The notes beneath the pieces were generated by a model that did not search any database, was not told where the DNA came from, and saw only the letters and a list, made by a program, of their open reading frames with translations. Below, piece after piece: positions 11,789 through 19,994 of a stretch of DNA of 64,000 nt (positions are counted from its first letter, which is position 1; every line of letters begins with the position of its first letter). This stretch comes from an uncultured Acidobacteriota bacterium (GTDB lineage Bacteria; Acidobacteriota; Vicinamibacteria; Vicinamibacterales; JAKQTR01). A program made the translations under genes and the position numbers. Location of the stretch: the NCBI GenBank assembly GCA_963806085.1, contig CAWDWR010000001.1, positions 1,733,573 through 1,797,572 on the forward strand, given 5' to 3'.

Positions 11789-13786
11789 CTAGCGGCGCGG
11801 CGGCCCCGACGGCCGCCGGTGCAGATCGAACTGCTTGAAGAAGCGGTGGCACGCCTTCTGGAACCGCGCCTCGAGCTCCCGGCCGACCGCGTCGGGCACC
11901 GGTCCGAGTCGGCGCCACGAGGCCTGGGCCCTGCGCACCTCGTCGGCCGCGTTCCGCCACCGCGCCTCGTCATCCGCGCGGCCGCCGATGGTGTTCGCCG
12001 CCAGCGCTTCGCGGAGTTGGGCCGCCAGGATCGCGGCCGGCGACATCTGCGCATCGGCCTTCTCGTCGCCGGCGAACCCCTCGACGATCTGGCAGAGCTG
12101 CTCCATCCGCTTGCGGGTCGCCTCCGGGTCCAGGTCCGTGCCCCTGAAGGCGGCCGGCCTCGCGTCGATGACGGCGTTCATCGCGTTGGCAAACCGCTCG
12201 ACGAGGGGTTCGGCGTGCTCCCTGGTCACGGCCGGAGACTGGTCCCACTGCCGCTTGAGCGCCAGCACCTTCTTCACCAGCGCTTCGTCTCCGATCGCCT
12301 CCTCGCCTTCCGGCGGCGTGAGCGCGGCCTCGAGCTCCCCGCACAGCCGTTCGCGGGCCGCGAGCTGCTGCGCGACCTCGTGGTCGTTCCGGTGGGCGTA
12401 GCGGTCGAAGAACTTCTCGCAGGCCGTGTGGAACCGCGCCAGGAGGGCTTCCGACCGGTTGCGCTTCACCGGCCCGACCTGGCGCCACTCGGCCTGGATC
12501 CGTTTCACCTCGGCCAGGGCGTGGTCCCAGTCCGTGCTTTCGAGCAGCGCTTCCACCTCGGCGCAGATGGCCTCCTTCTTCTTGAGGTTGGCCAGCCACA
12601 CGTTCTTCCGTTCCGTCAGGTCGTTCTTCCGCCGCGTGAAGAAGCGGTCGCACGCGGCACGGAACCGCTCCCACACGGCCTTCTCGTGGCCGGGGGTGAC
12701 CGGGCCAATCGTCTTCCATTCGGCCTGGAGGCCCTTGATGGTCTCGGCGGTCCGGATCCAGTCGGTGGAATCTGCCAGCGACTCCACCTGTGCGCAGAGC
12801 GCCTCCTTCTTCCTCAGGTTCTCGACCCGCTCGACGGCGAGCTGCTGGAAGAACGACTCGCACCGCAGGCGAAGTTCGCCCTCGATGATCTTGTAGCGCT
12901 GCCACAACTCGCGGCCCTTTTCGCGAGGGACCGCCCGCACCTTGTGCCACTCGTCCTGCACGACGCGCAACTGCTTGGCGACCACGGCAGGATCGGCCTG
13001 GTCCCGCAGCGACTCGAGGCGCGTGATCAGGGCCTCCTGCACGCCCGCGTTGGCCCAGCGCTCCCAGCCGTCGGCTTCACGCAGGTCCTGCACGCGCGGG
13101 AAGATCTGCGACTGCACGGCCTTGAGCCGGGACACGATGGACTGCTGATCCTGGCGGGACGGCAGCGGCCCCGGCGCGTCCAGCGCCGCGCGGATGTCGC
13201 GCAGCACCCGCTCGGCATCGCGCAGCGTCAGGTGCTCCCCCTGCGCGAACTTCTCGGCCTCGTCGCACAGCTGCTGCAGGCGCGCCAGGTTGTCGTGCTG
13301 GTGCCGCGTGCGGGCCTCACGGACCGCCGCGTCGCGCGCGTCGATGCGCGCCTCGATGCCGGCCAGCCGTGACGCCGCCGGCTCGTCGAGCGGGAAGCCG
13401 GCGACGAGCGCCGTCCATTCACGCCGCAGGGCGTTCCAGCGCGTGCGCGCGTCAGGGAGGTCCGTGGCCGCCAGCACCTGCTCGGCTCCGTCGAGGAGTT
13501 GCGTCAGCCGGGCCATCTTCTCCGCCCGCTCTTCCGGGGAGAGCGCTCGCTCGACGGGCGGAGGCGACGGCGGTGCCGCCTCGGCCGGCACCGCGGGCGC
13601 GGCCTCCGGTGCCGCCGGCAGTTCCAGCGCGTCAGCCGGCTCGGCGCCGATCGGCGTCTCGGGCGAGGGCTCGGCCACGGGCTCGGGCTCGGGCAAGGGC
13701 TCGGGGATGCTCGGGTGTTCCGGGGAGGGCGGCTGAACCTCGTCGTGTTCTGGTGCCACGGTGCTCTCGCGCGCCTCATCGCACAT
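11789..13786 (-). CDS. DUF349 domain-containing protein
   Basis: 665-aa ORF with repeated about 75-aa units of the form ...W(E/K)xIGPV...(E)xLWxRFxxACDxFF..., characteristic of DUF349. Pro/Ala/Glu-rich N-terminus. Confidence 0.8.
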   Translation of the reverse strand: MCDEARESTVAPEHDEVQPPSPEHPSIPEPLPEPEPVAEPSPETPIGAEPADALELPAAPEAAPAVPAEAAPPSPPPVERALSPEERAEKMARLTQLLDGAEQVLAATDLPDARTRWNALRREWTALVAGFPLDEPAASRLAGIEARIDARDAAVREARTRHQHDNLARLQQLCDEAEKFAQGEHLTLRDAERVLRDIRAALDAPGPLPSRQDQQSIVSRLKAVQSQIFPRVQDLREADGWERWANAGVQEALITRLESLRDQADPAVVAKQLRVVQDEWHKVRAVPREKGRELWQRYKIIEGELRLRCESFFQQLAVERVENLRKKEALCAQVESLADSTDWIRTAETIKGLQAEWKTIGPVTPGHEKAVWERFRAACDRFFTRRKNDLTERKNVWLANLKKKEAICAEVEALLESTDWDHALAEVKRIQAEWRQVGPVKRNRSEALLARFHTACEKFFDRYAHRNDHEVAQQLAARERLCGELEAALTPPEGEEAIGDEALVKKVLALKRQWDQSPAVTREHAEPLVERFANAMNAVIDARPAAFRGTDLDPEATRKRMEQLCQIVEGFAGDEKADAQMSPAAILAAQLREALAANTIGGRADDEARWRNAADEVRRAQASWRRLGPVPDAVGRELEARFQKACHRFFKQFDLHRRPSGPPRR

Positions 13787-13882
13787 GCCGGAAGGGAGCG
13801 CGTCCCGACCTGGCGACTGGCGGATCGGGCTCGGCGTGCAGGCGCCACAGGGCGCGGGCCCGCCGGCCGCGGATTCGTGTTC

Positions 13883-13905
13883 GGCCCGGCCGCTCCGGCC
13901 GGGCC
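13883..13905 (-). terminator. GC-rich hairpin downstream of the peroxiredoxin gene
   Basis: GGCCCGGCCG-CTC-CGGCCGGGCC, a perfect 10-bp stem, 27 nt after the stop at 13932. There is no U-tract. Confidence 0.4.
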
Positions 13906-13931
13906 ACGATCAATCTACTACGGCGTCGTCG

Positions 13932-14480
13932 TCATCGTTTCCTGGCGATCCCGAGTTCACTGAGCTTCGCGACCAGGTCCTGGCCCGCGGTGGCCGGGCT
14001 GACCTGCTTTTCGATATAGAGAATCTTGCCGTCGGTCCCGATGTAGAACGTCCAGCGAAAGGCGACCTGGCGTTCCGGCGTGACGACGCCGTAGGCGGAG
14101 GCCACCTTCTTGCCCGGGTCGCTCAGGATCGGAAAGTCGAGGCCGAGCGACTCGGCAAACTTCTTGTTGTCCTCCGGCGAGTCGACGCTGGCCGCGAAGT
14201 ACGCCACATCGTAAGCCTTGATGAGGTCGCCGCTCTCACGGAGCGACTTGCACTCGGCCGTTCAACCACCGGTGAAGGCCTTCGGAAACCAGGCCAGGAC
14301 GACCGCCTTCTTCCCCGTGAAGTCGGCCAGCGTGTGGGTGGCTCCGTCGGATCCCGGCAGCGAGAACGCCGGCGCCGCGTCGCCCACCTGCGCTCCGCCC
14401 GCCGGCGCCTGCGCCTGCGCCATTGCGACCGCGGCGATGGAGAGGCCCGTCACGATCATCGTCGCTATCATCATTTTCAT
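13932..14480 (-). CDS. Secreted BCP/PrxQ-type peroxiredoxin, probable selenoprotein (UGA 14262..14264 read as Sec)
   Basis: The tail of ORF 14262..15062 (MKMMIATMIVTGLSIAAVAMAQA...[12 protein letters not shown]) and ORF 13932..14207 share one frame and are separated only by the TGA plus 18 sense codons. Read-through gives [18 protein letters not shown]...[12 protein letters not shown]..., colinear with Bcp [19 protein letters not shown]. Confidence 0.75.
14226..14247 (-). other. SECIS-like stem-loop
   Basis: 14 nt downstream of the UGA lies GUCGCUC-CGUGA-GAGCGGCGAC, a 7-10 bp stem with GU in the apical loop. The spacing from the UGA resembles that of the E. coli fdhF-type SECIS. Confidence 0.5.
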
Positions 14481-14513
14481 TACGAGCACCTGTGGACGTT
14501 GTTCAGCTCTTCG

Positions 14514-14541
14514 TCCCGAATCCCGAATCCCGAGTCCCGTC
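14514..14541. repeat. Tandem heptamer array, 4 x TCCCGAR (transcript sense UYCGGGA)
   Basis: tcccgaa tcccgaa tcccgag tcccgtc, located between the thioesterase stop (14552) and the peroxiredoxin start (14480). Confidence 0.9.
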
Positions 14542-14551
14542 CATCCAGCGC

Positions 14552-15043
14552 CTAGTCCCTGGCGCCTTCTCCGTGCCCCTGCCAGCGCGCGAACGCGGGG
14601 TGGCCCGGCTTGACAGCGACAAACGTGCCCCGGCAACTCGCACGCTGGGCGCCATCGGCCTCGAGCGTCGCCTCGACCACCGCCCGGTCGTCGGTGGACT
14701 CGACCACGCGCGCCCGCAGCCGAAGCGGCCCGCCGCTCGGGGTCGGCCGGCGCAGCTTCACGGCGTAATCGGCCGTGACGGTGAAGGGCGGCACGGATTC
14801 CCCGGCGCGCCGCATCAAGTGGTACGCCGCCGTCCAGTTGCAGTGGCAGTCGAAGAGCACGCCGATGATCCCGCCGTTGACGAATCCCGGAAACGCCTCG
14901 TGGTGCGGCTCCGGCGTCCAGTCCAGCACCACCTCGTCGCCCTCCACGCGGCTCTTGATGCGGAGCCCTTTGGAGTTGGCAGGCCCGCAGCCGAAACACG
15001 TCGTGTCGGGAGCGTAGCGGTCCTGCAGGCTCATCTCGGTCAC
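14552..15043 (-). CDS. PaaI-family (hotdog fold) thioesterase
   Basis: 163-aa ORF. It has an N-terminal CFGCGP zinc-ribbon-like motif and FPGFVNGGIIGVLFDCHCNW, typical of PaaI/YbgC-like thioesterases. Confidence 0.8.
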   Translation of the reverse strand: MTEMSLQDRYAPDTTCFGCGPANSKGLRIKSRVEGDEVVLDWTPEPHHEAFPGFVNGGIIGVLFDCHCNWTAAYHLMRRAGESVPPFTVTADYAVKLRRPTPSGGPLRLRARVVESTDDRAVVEATLEADGAQRASCRGTFVAVKPGHPAFARWQGHGEGARD

Positions 15044-15087
15044 ACTCTACCCCCGGGCTCACCCGGCCTCGCCATCCCGGCCCGGCC

Positions 15088-15546
15088 CTAGTCGAGGTTG
15101 CGCAACTCTTCGTCGATGCGCTCCGCCTCGTCTTCGCTGGGCTGAGCGGCGGCCCGCTCGGTCCTGGCCGGCGCCGGGCCCACGGCCCGCAACCGCCGGA
15201 CGACCACCACCACGAGGCCGACGCTCACGACCAGGAAGACCCACGGCGCCACGTAAATCAGGCGGCTGAATCCGCGGGCAGGCGGCTCGGCCAGGATACG
15301 GTCGCCGTACTCGGCCACGTAGATGTCGAGGATCTGATCGGACGTCTTGCCTTCCGCCAGCAACCGGCGGATGTTCTGCTTGATTTCGTCGGCGGCCGGC
15401 GACTGGTGCAGCGAAACCTGCTGGGCCCAGCAGCACGGCGCCATGAGTTTGGATTCGAGTAGCTTCGCCTCGCGCTCGAGGGCCTGCGGGTCGGCCGCGG
15501 CGGCCGCCAGCCACAACGCGAGCGCCATCTGCATCAGCGAGCCCAT
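15088..15546 (-). CDS. CcmH/NrfF-like cytochrome c biogenesis protein (variant Cys-Cys motif)
   Basis: This is the C-terminal 152 codons of ORF 15088..17175, starting at MGSLMQMALALWLAAAAA (AAGGGA upstream). It reads LMAPCCWAQQVSLHQSPAADEIKQNIRRLLAEGKTSDQILDIYVAEYGDRIL plus a C-terminal TM helix, which is the CcmH layout. Confidence 0.65.
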   Translation of the reverse strand: MGSLMQMALALWLAAAAADPQALEREAKLLESKLMAPCCWAQQVSLHQSPAADEIKQNIRRLLAEGKTSDQILDIYVAEYGDRILAEPPARGFSRLIYVAPWVFLVVSVGLVVVVVRRLRAVGPAPARTERAAAQPSEDEAERIDEELRNLD

Positions 15547-15620
15547 GGGATGGTCCCTTCGGATTCGGCGGGCGCCCGTACCAGGACGCCCGGGGGCAAA
15601 CGTTGAGTGTACCGCAGCCG

Positions 15621-17175
15621 TCAGGCTCCAAACAACTGAACCAGCTCCGGCTTGACCACTTTGCCCATGGCGTTCCGAGGCAGGGCTGGGACAGTCGCGA
15701 GACGGCGCGGTAGCTTGGGGCCTGAGAATCCTGGCGCGAGCCCAGTCCCTGAGCTCCGGCAACGAGAGCGACGCGCCATCGCGCAGCGCCACGACCGCGG
15801 CCACGCATTCTCCCCACTCTTCGTCCGGAAGGCCGACGACGGCGCAGTCGGCGATGTCGGGGTGTTCCCTCAGAACGGCTTCGACTTCGAGCGCCGAGAC
15901 CTTTTCGCCGCCGGTCTTGATGATGTCGATCGACAGGCGCCCGAGGATCCGGAATACCCCGCCTTCGCGCGTCGCCACGTCGCCGGTGCGAAACCATCCG
16001 CCGTCGGCGAAGGCCGCTGCCGTCGCATCAGGGCGTCCCCAGTACTCGCGGAACACGCCGGGGCCTCGCACCAGGATCTCGCCGGGCCGGCCAGCGTCGA
16101 CGACCCGGCCGTCTTCGTCGACCAGGCGCACGTCGACTCCCGGAAGGGGCATGCCCACGACACCGGGGCGGCGGTCGCCGTGCAACGGGTTCGACAGCGC
16201 CATGCCAATCTCCGTCATGCCATAGCGCTCGAGCAGCGCGTGTCCCGTGATGACGCGCCACTCGTCGAAGACCGGCGCCGGCAATGCCGCCGAACCGGAC
16301 ACAAAGAGGCGCAGGCCCGCGGCGCCCCTGGACCAGGCGGCCTGCACGTCCGGAGGCGCGTCGTGCCAGGCGCGGATCAGCCGGGTGTAGATGGTCGGCA
16401 CGGCCATGAACACCGTGATCTCGCTGCTGACCAGACGCCGCCACGCATCGGCGGGGCTGAAACCGTCCGCGAACTCGCAGACGGCGCCATTCCAGAGCGC
16501 GCACGCCAGGATGTTGATGACGCCGTGCGTGTGGTTGAGCGGCAGCACGTGGAGCGCGCGATCGTCGGGACTCCACTCCCAGGCTTTGGTGAGGCACTCG
16601 GCCTGCGCCGCGAGGTTGGCGTGGGTGAGCACCACGCCTTTGGGCCGGCTGGTGGTGCCGCTCGTGTAGAGCATGAGCGCGCGTCGCCCGGCTGCGACGG
16701 CCGGGAGCGGGTCGCTGTCCGAGGCCGTCCCGGCGCCGGCCTGCAGCGCACCGGCGATGGTGATGCGAATGCGGCGTGCCTCAGCCAGCGGACGGAGAGC
16801 CTCGCGAAATTCCGGGACGACGATGACGTCGGCCGCGCCGCTGTCGGCGAGGATGTACGCCCACTCGTCAGGTGTCTGATGGGGTGCGAGCGGCACGGAG
16901 ACGCCGCCGGCCATCCACGTGCCCCACTGCCCCGCCGCATAGGCCAGGCCCGGCGGCGCCAGCAGCGCCACTCGCTCCTCCGTGAGATCCGCGCGTCCAA
17001 CGAGCAGGTTGCGGGCGACGCGGGCGGCACGATCGAGCAGGTCGGCGTACGCCCATCTGCCGGCGGAATCGACGATGGCCAGGCGTGCGCCGAAGCCGGC
17101 GCCGCGGCGGACGAGTTCGGGCAGGCGATCCGCAATCATCCCCGGTACGATAGCGCGCCTCGCGGGCCGGGCCAA
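15621..17175 (-). pseudogene. AMP-dependent acyl-CoA synthetase/ligase (MatB-like), apparent +1 frameshift near 15721..15729
   Basis: Adenylate-forming motifs are present (LMLYTSGTTSRPKGV, GWFRTGD, GGEKVS). After ...ELRDWARAR the canonical C-terminus GPKLPRRLATVPALPRNAMGKVVKPELVQLFGA* continues in another frame and ends at TGA 15621..15623. Confidence 0.8.
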
Positions 17176-17244
17176 AGTCCGCTATAGTTCCCGGCGCGGC
17201 CGCGTCACTCGCGCGCCGGTGGCCTGATCCTCTGGGGGATTCCG

Positions 17245-19893
17245 ATGCGCACATCCCGTTTCGTACTCGCGGTCCTGCTCGGTCTCTGCGTCGCCGCGTC
17301 CGGCCCGGCGGTCTCGGCCACCGCCGGAGCGCAACAGGCCCTGGCGACACCCGAGCAGTTTTTCGGCTTCCGCATCGGCGCGGACACGAAGCTCGTGCGG
17401 TGGGACAAGATCCTCGACTACTTCAAGCTGGTCGAGGCGGCGTCGGACCGCGTGCGCGTGCGCGAGCTCGGCAAGTCGACCGAAGGCCATCCGTTCGTGG
17501 TCCTGGAGATCGCGTCAGCCGAGACGATGAAACGGCTCGACTACTACCGCGGCCTCCAGCGCCGGCTCTACTTCCAGGACGGCGAACCGACAGCGGCCCA
17601 GCGCGACGAGATCTTCCAGTCGGGCAAGGCCGTCGTAGTCGTCACGTGCAACATCCATTCGAGCGAGATCGGCTCGTCGCAGATGGTGCTGGAACTGGTC
17701 CATCGCCTGGCGACGGACTCGTCGCCGCGCGTGCGCCACGTCCTCGACAACGTGATTTTCCTCCTCGTGCCGAGCCTCAACCCCGACGGCCAGATCAAGG
17801 TGGTCGACTGGTACACCAGGAACCTCGGCACCGAGTTCGAGAATTCGCCGATGCCGTGGCTCTACCAGAAGTACGTCGGCCACGACAACAACCGCGACAT
17901 GTACATGTTCACGCAGGTCGAGAGCCGGCTCACGGCGACGCTGCTGTGGCACGAGTGGTTTCCTTCCGTGTGGCTCGACGAGCACCAGCAGGGCATGACC
18001 GGATCGCGCATCTTCGTGATGCCCGCCACCGATCCCATCAACCCGAACGTGCACCCGCTAATCTACCGGTGGAACACGCTGTTCGGGCAGTCGCAGGGCG
18101 CGGCGCTCGAAGCCGCCGGGAAGGACGGGATCATCTACAACGCGACGTACACGAACTTCTGGCAGGGCGCCATGGCGTGGAGCGGCTGGTGGCACAACCA
18201 GGTGGGCCTGCTGACCGAGCTCGCCTCGGTGCGCGTGGCGTCGCCCACCGAGCAGCAGCGCGCGGAACCGGGGCGCCCGGCGCCGCCCGCGCCTGAGGGC
18301 GGCCGCGGCGGCGGGAGGGGCGGCGAGTCCGCGCGCGGCGTGCTGCCTCCGCCAGCCGATGTCATGCCTCGCACGGAGTACCCCCGCCCGTGGCTCGGCG
18401 GCCGCTGGACGCTTCGCGACATCGTCGACTACGAGCTCATCGCGACGATGGCGACGCTCGAGTTCGCCGCTGATCAGCGCGAAACGCTGCTCCGGCAGGT
18501 CTACGAGGTCAACCGCGCCACGATCGATGCCGGCAGGAAGGGCGACCCGGCCGCCATTCTGATCACGCCGGACACGCAGCCCGATCCGCTGGCGGCGTAC
18601 CGCCTCGTCGGGCTGCTGCAGGTGGGCGGGGTCAAGGTCTACCGCGCGGATGAGTCGTTCACCGCCGACGACAAGCCGTACCCGGCCGGGACCTTCGTCG
18701 TGCCGATGACCCAGGTGTTCGCCCGCTACGCCAAGGACCTGCTCGAAAAGCAGACCTACCCCGAAGTCCGACGGGTGCCGGGCGCGCCGCCCGAGGCGCC
18801 GTACGATGTCACGGCGTGGTCGCTTGGGATGCTGCTCGGCGTCGACGTCACGTTCGTGAAGAAGCCGCTGCCCCAGGGCGTCGGACTCACCGAGGTCCCG
18901 CCGTCTCCGACGCGCGCGGGCGCGGTCACCGGCACCGGCGCCGTCTTCTCGTTCGACTACACCGGCCCCGACGGCGCCGTCGCCATCAACCGCCTCTTGA
19001 AGGCCGGCGCGTCGTTGGCCATGTCGCGCGCGGCGCTGGCGGGGGGCCGCGGCACGATGATTGAGGTGTCGGGCCTGCCGGCGAAGACCATGCAGGAGGT
19101 CGCCGCCGCGCTGGGACTGCAGGTCCGCGCCTCGGCGAAAAAGGCCGCCGGCCCCGCGGCGGCGATCAAGGCCCCGCGCATCGGCCTGTATCAGCCGTGG
19201 ACCGCCAGCATGGACGAGGGCTGGACACGCTGGGTGATCGAGCAGCACGAGTTCCCGTACACCTCGCTCCACAATGCCGACATCAAGGCCGGCAAGCTGC
19301 GCGATCGGTTCGACGTGCTGGTCTTCGCCGATCAGCAGCCGAACAGCATCCTGACCGGCAACGAATCGGCGGGCACCCGTCTCGAGTATCGGGGCGGCAT
19401 CGGCGAGGACGGGGCCGATGCCCTCGAGGCGTTTGTCGCGGCGGGCGGCACTCTCGTCATGATGGGCAACGCATGCGACCTGGCGATCGAGCGCTTTCCG
19501 CTGCCCGTGAAGAACCTCAAGCGCGGCCTCACGCGGGATCAGCACTTCGCGCCCGGGACCATCGTGAAGCTCGAGGTCGACACGGCCCATCCGCTCGGCG
19601 CCGGGATGGCGGCCAGCACGTACGGGTTCTACAACAACAGTCCGTTCTTCGCGCTGACCGAAGGCTTCGCGTCGCAGCAGGTGACGGTCGCGGCCCGTTA
19701 TCCGAACACCGGCATCGTCGCGTCCGGCTGGCTGCGGGGTGAGGAGTTGATGGCCGGCCGGGCGGCCGTGGTCGCCGTGGATCTCAAGCCCGGGCGCATC
19801 GTGCTGTTCGGGCTGCGCCCGCAACACCGCGCGCAGACGCAGGCGACATTTCCGATGCTGTTCGATGCGTTGTACCTTGCGGCGAGCCAGTAG
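17245..19893 (+). CDS. M14-family zinc carboxypeptidase-like protein, secreted
   Basis: 882-aa ORF with a signal peptide. It has an HxxE zinc motif (NIHSSEIGS) and ...LVPSLNPDG...GHDNNRD, typical of the M14 family. Confidence 0.85.
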   Translation: MRTSRFVLAVLLGLCVAASGPAVSATAGAQQALATPEQFFGFRIGADTKLVRWDKILDYFKLVEAASDRVRVRELGKSTEGHPFVVLEIASAETMKRLDYYRGLQRRLYFQDGEPTAAQRDEIFQSGKAVVVVTCNIHSSEIGSSQMVLELVHRLATDSSPRVRHVLDNVIFLLVPSLNPDGQIKVVDWYTRNLGTEFENSPMPWLYQKYVGHDNNRDMYMFTQVESRLTATLLWHEWFPSVWLDEHQQGMTGSRIFVMPATDPINPNVHPLIYRWNTLFGQSQGAALEAAGKDGIIYNATYTNFWQGAMAWSGWWHNQVGLLTELASVRVASPTEQQRAEPGRPAPPAPEGGRGGGRGGESARGVLPPPADVMPRTEYPRPWLGGRWTLRDIVDYELIATMATLEFAADQRETLLRQVYEVNRATIDAGRKGDPAAILITPDTQPDPLAAYRLVGLLQVGGVKVYRADESFTADDKPYPAGTFVVPMTQVFARYAKDLLEKQTYPEVRRVPGAPPEAPYDVTAWSLGMLLGVDVTFVKKPLPQGVGLTEVPPSPTRAGAVTGTGAVFSFDYTGPDGAVAINRLLKAGASLAMSRAALAGGRGTMIEVSGLPAKTMQEVAAALGLQVRASAKKAAGPAAAIKAPRIGLYQPWTASMDEGWTRWVIEQHEFPYTSLHNADIKAGKLRDRFDVLVFADQQPNSILTGNESAGTRLEYRGGIGEDGADALEAFVAAGGTLVMMGNACDLAIERFPLPVKNLKRGLTRDQHFAPGTIVKLEVDTAHPLGAGMAASTYGFYNNSPFFALTEGFASQQVTVAARYPNTGIVASGWLRGEELMAGRAAVVAVDLKPGRIVLFGLRPQHRAQTQATFPMLFDALYLAASQ

Positions 19894-19994
19894 GCAGAAG
19901 AAGCAAGAAGCCAGAAGGGCCCACTGACGATTGTCAGAAGCCAGAAGGGGGGCCAGCTGCTCCGGTGACTGTGCTTCTTGCTTCTTACTTCTTC
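19894..19994. repeat. Composite period-7 arrays (GAAG-type) in inverted orientation between convergent genes
   Basis: gcagaag aagcaag aagccag aagggcc (19894..19921), tcagaag ccagaag (19934..19947) and cttcttg cttctta cttcttc (19974..19994). Positions 19898..19911 are complementary to 19973..19986 (14 bp). Confidence 0.85.

Noticed and set aside
9686-13372. Very long plus-strand ORF (1228 aa). Similar giants are 1041..3473(+), 4194..6926(+), 27947..30505(+), 52273..55032(-) and 33708..36404(+).
   Set aside because: They lie antisense to, or out of frame with, genes that have clear homology (pepF/DUF349, ahcY, VWA, the kinase, speA, metH). Their translations are Arg/Ala/Gly/Pro-rich low-complexity sequence, typical of shadow ORFs in high-GC DNA.
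14262-14264. TGA in the peroxiredoxin read as a simple nonsense mutation, or as two separate genes.
   Set aside because: The codon coincides exactly with the catalytic Cys position. Both halves remain in frame with intact conserved motifs, and a SECIS-like hairpin follows. The pseudogene reading is kept only as the alternative hypothesis.
15088-17175. A single 695-aa ORF suggesting a natural acyl-CoA synthetase-CcmH fusion protein.
   Set aside because: The conserved ligase C-terminus and its stop codon are present in another frame. The linker in the read-through frame is low-complexity. The CcmH-like part has its own Met and an SD-like AAGGGA.
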